In this document: positions 59,847 to 64,000 of the stretch, in pieces
How the letters are laid out: each line of letters begins with the position of its first letter
Numbering within the stretch: position 1 is the stretch's first letter
Assembly: GCA_903908285.1 (NCBI GenBank)
Contig: CAIVRH010000023.1
Span: forward strand, 25,052-89,051
DNA: 64,000 bases
Source: an uncultured candidate division Zixibacteria bacterium
GTDB lineage: Bacteria > Zixibacteria > MSB-5A5 > SM1-73
Direction: 5' to 3'
Notes under the pieces: model-generated
What the model was told of the DNA's origin: nothing
Database searches by the model: none
The model's input: only the letters and a program-made list of their open reading frames with translations
Program-made: the position numbers and the translations under genes

Positions 59847-62249
59847 TTACCAAATGGGATTTAAGAACAGACTGGATCTGGCGAACTTACTTCCCCAGGG
59901 TTGGGGTAGAAATCGTTGATAATCCTGCGGAGGGATACCGGATTTAAACAAATAGTTCAAAAGATAAACGACATCTGCCACGTCTACCAACCCATCGTGG
60001 TTTACATCTCCCTGATCGGCAAGGGGAAGAGGGGCAAGTCCTGACTTATACAGGTAGTTTATCAAATATACTACGTCACCCACGTCGAGTATCCGGTCTT
60101 GATTGCAATCTCCCCGATAGAGGCCAGCGTAACTAAGCATCGGTTTCCACCAGGAGGCGTTCATCAGATGCTGGGTGGTATCAACGCCAAAGATGATGAA
60201 AGACTCCAACACAGCAGAATCCGGAGATAGGGTTAACTTTCTTGGAGTCATAATTTGGCAGAAATCGGTATCGGGCGTAGAATAGTTGGTCCAACCGTAA
60301 GTGCTGACCAGATTCCACAGCTGGTCAAACCTCCATCCCTCCTGGGGCCAGATGTATACCGGATTCCTCACCCCTACGAAACTGTAACAGGCGCTGTCAT
60401 CTAAGGGAATCCTGAGCATTCCAAAACGATATTTCTTGTAAGCCGCCCGGGGATCCATCTGCCAGCCCAAGTTGTGGGTTTGGTCCATTCCGCCCAGGTT
60501 ATTGTAGGCATCGTAGATATCCCAATCCAGGCAGAGTGAAACATAGGCTTGTATGGCAGTATCGGCAAGGTTCCGGATCAAATACTGCTGAAGGATAAAT
60601 TCCCCATAAAGAGAATTTGATGATCCGACGGAATATTGACTTACTTCCACCCCCAGACCGATGGTATCGATAAATGCAGCTGCCCCGAACTGCCCGAAGG
60701 TAGTATCTTTAATGATCAAGCTTTCGAAGGGATACCAGCTGTCTTTTACATGGGTGTTAAACATGTCGAGGGCGATTGAAGTATCGCCTGGAGCCACCCA
60801 GGACAGAATCAGGGAGCCGTCAAAAAGCTCATTGATGCCATTCCATACGAAATCCTGACCGGAGGCATCTCCTATGGCACCGTAATTACTGACGGTCATA
60901 GAAACTTTATTGGAGTGGATGTTATTGTAATTATACGCACTGGCTGCACCCGGGCGAACGCCCACAGTGTAGCGTTCAGCGGTAGTTGACCAGTTCCAGT
61001 TTACCACAACCTCCACCGGAGTAGAGCTCCAGGTATCGTGCAAGCAGATATAATTGGTATCCGGAGGACCCCAGCCCATGGCACACATGCTATGATTCCC
61101 ATAAGTGGGATGAGAAATGACGTTCCAGACGGCCGGATATCCCAAGTTGAGCTCATTTATCAGATAGCTCAAGCTCTGATCGAAATCCGTATAATCGGTA
61201 AATCCATAGTTGTTTTGATAGTCGGGGTGATTGCATACGGTTCTGATCCCCGTACCGATGTTGGAGATGGAAGTCGAACCCTGGGTGGAGTCGGTATGCA
61301 TAGCCCAGGAGAGCTGCTGTTGAACGTTGGGAACATTATAATCCCATTCTCCCTCCAAAGGATCGTAGCGATTAAAGGTATAATCTATCAAAAGAGGATA
61401 CCCATTTGCATCCCAGTATCCCAACACGTCCGCAGCTGCGCTGGGAGAACAGCCATAGGACCAGTCGAAATCGGAAACGCCGGTGATGCGGAATTGAGCT
61501 TTACTATAGAAGATATTTTCCCCGTTCTCTATTTTTGCCCAATCCGCACTTGTTTTTTGCTTTTGCCCGGGGTTTGATTCAATCCGATAGGAGACGAAAA
61601 CCTCCTCGGCTGAATTTGCAGCAAAGTAAAACGGGGAAACATATGTTTTCCGGTTGCCGGAGGTGAATTCGAACCACACATCCCAAGGGGAAGCAAAGAC
61701 CACTTGAGTCAAATCTACCCGATCCGAGGAGAACTCCGCCTGGGCCACATTCGATGTTTTTTCCTTGGCTGTATAGTGCAGAGGGAGGCCATAGAAGTAT
61801 TCCACTACCGGCCCCCATTCCTTTCTGGCGGATACTACCACCGTCAGAAAATCTCCCGTCTGGGTGATCATCTGCCGGGCTGAACGGATATTCTCCGGAT
61901 CATTTTCTTTATTTCCTTGTTGGTATAGCTGCCATCCTTGAGAAACTTTTTGCAAAATTTGAGATTCGGCCGGAAAGCTGGCATCTTTCAATGAATAGAC
62001 GAACACATAGACCGCGGGTTCGGCGTCTACTCCCTGATAGGTTTGAACCGGTCCGGGAACGACTTGGCCGGATAAGCTCCGGGCAAAATCCGAAGCTGCT
62101 TTTTCAGCCAGATCGTAGGACACCAGTTCGCCGGAAAAATCGGGATGGAGAGTAACCGGGAGGGATACTTGTCGGTTGGTTGCATGAATCAATGAGCAGA
62201 ATATGAAACTTATCCCAACCAGCCCCAATAATAACAACGATTTTTTCAT
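59847..62249 (-). CDS. Secreted papain-fold cysteine peptidase (C39/C10-like) with propeptide and C-terminal dockerin
   Basis: Signal peptide; WSYGCSPSAAA..LGYW (Cys), YGNHSM..MGW (His), LHDTW (Asp); GDCNQD..LDVGDVVYLINYL twice. Confidence 0.75.
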   Translation of the reverse strand: MKKSLLLLGLVGISFIFCSLIHATNRQVSLPVTLHPDFSGELVSYDLAEKAASDFARSLSGQVVPGPVQTYQGVDAEPAVYVFVYSLKDASFPAESQILQKVSQGWQLYQQGNKENDPENIRSARQMITQTGDFLTVVVSARKEWGPVVEYFYGLPLHYTAKEKTSNVAQAEFSSDRVDLTQVVFASPWDVWFEFTSGNRKTYVSPFYFAANSAEEVFVSYRIESNPGQKQKTSADWAKIENGENIFYSKAQFRITGVSDFDWSYGCSPSAAADVLGYWDANGYPLLIDYTFNRYDPLEGEWDYNVPNVQQQLSWAMHTDSTQGSTSISNIGTGIRTVCNHPDYQNNYGFTDYTDFDQSLSYLINELNLGYPAVWNVISHPTYGNHSMCAMGWGPPDTNYICLHDTWSSTPVEVVVNWNWSTTAERYTVGVRPGAASAYNYNNIHSNKVSMTVSNYGAIGDASGQDFVWNGINELFDGSLILSWVAPGDTSIALDMFNTHVKDSWYPFESLIIKDTTFGQFGAAAFIDTIGLGVEVSQYSVGSSNSLYGEFILQQYLIRNLADTAIQAYVSLCLDWDIYDAYNNLGGMDQTHNLGWQMDPRAAYKKYRFGMLRIPLDDSACYSFVGVRNPVYIWPQEGWRFDQLWNLVSTYGWTNYSTPDTDFCQIMTPRKLTLSPDSAVLESFIIFGVDTTQHLMNASWWKPMLSYAGLYRGDCNQDRILDVGDVVYLINYLYKSGLAPLPLADQGDVNHDGLVDVADVVYLLNYLFKSGIPPQDYQRFLPQPWGSKFARSSLFLNPIW

Positions 62250-63302
62250 CTTTTCTCCTTGGATAAGGGGATGACAACTGTAAACTTTTACGTTACCGCT
62301 CCCATGAAATCATCGAGTTTTTAGTTATATCGGACAATACTCCTTTCACGTTATTTTTTGTCAAGAAAAAATTCCAGCCAATATTAAGCGCACTTGAGCG
62401 ATAGTTTCAAATGGAATCGAGTCAAACACGCAAGTACGTGTTTTGGAAGCTTTGGTGAAAGTGCGATTTTCCTTCTTTCCCTATCATTCCGCCGGTAAGA
62501 CGGATCTTTCAAAATGGATATAATCCGAAGATCATGCTGTTCATAAAATAATACATTTTCTTATTTTGACAAGATCATTTTAGAAACCCATTTAAATAAT
62601 TACTAAAGCCTTTGATTCCCAACTGCTTATTCTTTAATTCTTCTTCGGTAAGTTTATCTCTTGCTTAGAACCTAACCACCTTTCGGCTGCTATACCGAAT
62701 AGCCGCCCCATCTCTTTATCCACACAAAAACAATTTTATGCGATAGCTCTGGTTTAACTATATTGTTTTCGATCATGGTTATCGTTTGAAAGTGAGCCGA
62801 TTTGGGATCAAATCTCCAGAGTAAAGAGATAATCCCTTGGCTGTCTGTATCTTATCCAGGAGAAATCTGCCACCTTTTTTAGTAAAATCCTGTTGCTAAA
62901 ATAGCAGGAATTTATATATTATATATCAGGCTGAACTTATCCTAAGAACTTCAAAAAAGGAACTTCAAGTTTTGTTCCGTTTTAAGCAGCGGAAGATTTG
63001 TAGGTCTCTTTAGTTATTTTTTCCCGGGTGCGGTAAAGTTTGGCATAAGTTCCAGCATTTTATGTTCTCTCAGCTTCCGGGATCAGTCACTGAAACCTGG
63101 CATCATCAGACAATCGGAGTTTTAAGCTTTCTTTCATCGTGATCCGGGAAGTATCTTTTAATCGGAGCGAGCCTTTTGAGTTCTAAGAATTCAAAATCCT
63201 ATCCAGCCGGTCGACAATATGAACATAACCATTATAATGTCTTCAGCGTGGATCGGGGTGGTGGATATACCAGACAACCTTCAAATCATAAGGAGTGTTT
63301 CG

Positions 63303-64000
63303 ATGATGCACCGATGTATGGTGGTTATTGCAACGGGGGTAATGGGTTTACTTCTTTGTACCGTTTTGTTAGCGAATGTTCCTAACCGGATAAATTATCA
63401 GGGTAAACTTACGACAGATGCCGGTGGATGTGTCAATGACACCGTCCAGATGATCTTTTCCATATACCCCGATACTCTGGGTTCTCCGGCCATATGGACC
63501 GAGACCCAATCACAGGTGTCGGTTAGGGAAGGGGTGTTTTCCGTTCTGTTGGGGGAGGCTGATTTCATACCGGCTTTTGTGTTTGACGGGAGCACCAGAT
63601 ACCTGGGCATTCGAGTTGAATCCGACCCGGAAATGAGACCTTTAAAACCCATGGTCAGCGTGGGATATGCATTCCATTCAACCACTGCAGATACGGCGTT
63701 TAATATAACTTCAAACGGGCTGACAGGTATTGACAGCGTATTCAATCCGGGGGGCAATGTGGATCTGATTCCCGGCAACGCTATTACAGTTACTCCGGAT
63801 GACAGTGGTAACTCCATTACCATCGGAGAGACTCATTCGGAGAGAACGGACAATCCGCATAAGGTAACGGCATCGCAAACCGGCGCCCTGGTGAGTGTGG
63901 AAGGGATTAACCATCCGGGTGGAGATATCGATTTAGTGGAGGGTGCCAATATGACCATTACCCGCGATACTTCCGCAAAAACCATAACTTTCACCGCTGC
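63303..64000 (+). CDS. Partial (3'-truncated) secreted/surface protein
   Basis: AGGAG RBS, signal peptide, VPNRINYQGKLT...IWTETQ..V.V..GVFSVLLG, then repeats NPGGNVDLIPGNAITVT / HPGGDIDLVEGANMTIT; frame open to the window end. Confidence 0.75.
   Translation, partial: MMHRCMVVIATGVMGLLLCTVLLANVPNRINYQGKLTTDAGGCVNDTVQMIFSIYPDTLGSPAIWTETQSQVSVREGVFSVLLGEADFIPAFVFDGSTRYLGIRVESDPEMRPLKPMVSVGYAFHSTTADTAFNITSNGLTGIDSVFNPGGNVDLIPGNAITVTPDDSGNSITIGETHSERTDNPHKVTASQTGALVSVEGINHPGGDIDLVEGANMTITRDTSAKTITFTA

Noticed and set aside
63398..63823. 141-aa minus-strand ORF
   Set aside because: Antisense to the plus-strand secreted-protein gene starting at 63303, which has an RBS and a signal peptide.

Overview
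Bacterial genomic window of mostly housekeeping genes with several accessory islands. The many secreted dockerin/FG-GAP proteins suggest a Zixibacteria-like lineage (inference). Core content: pyrK-pyrD and pyrR-pyrB-pyrC with a PyrR attenuator; kdsB-pyrG and kdsA-kdsC-kdsD-lpxL; selC, a selD with an in-frame Sec UGA, and selA; cmk-plsC-ispH-rpsA; tRNA-Tyr and tRNA-Gly. The standout is a minus-strand island at about 18.5-22.7 kb. It encodes a lipoprotein, a small helical protein, a clear bacterial gasdermin (Cys3, C-terminal inhibitory peptide with a Lys-Gly junction), a cytoplasmic clostripain-family (C11) protease with no sensor domain, and a UDG-like protein. This is a candidate new gasdermin cell-death/defence system. 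Other notable items: a 79-bp tandem array of tRNA-Gly-like units plus a degenerate tRNA-Gly-integrated island; a catalytically dead archaemetzincin behind a structured leader RNA; an IS200-type Y1 transposase inside REP-like palindromes; a hicB-hicA module whose toxin has a nonsense codon; a type I R-M system; and dockerin-cohesin-like secreted proteins. All family calls come from motif recognition by eye; no searches were run.
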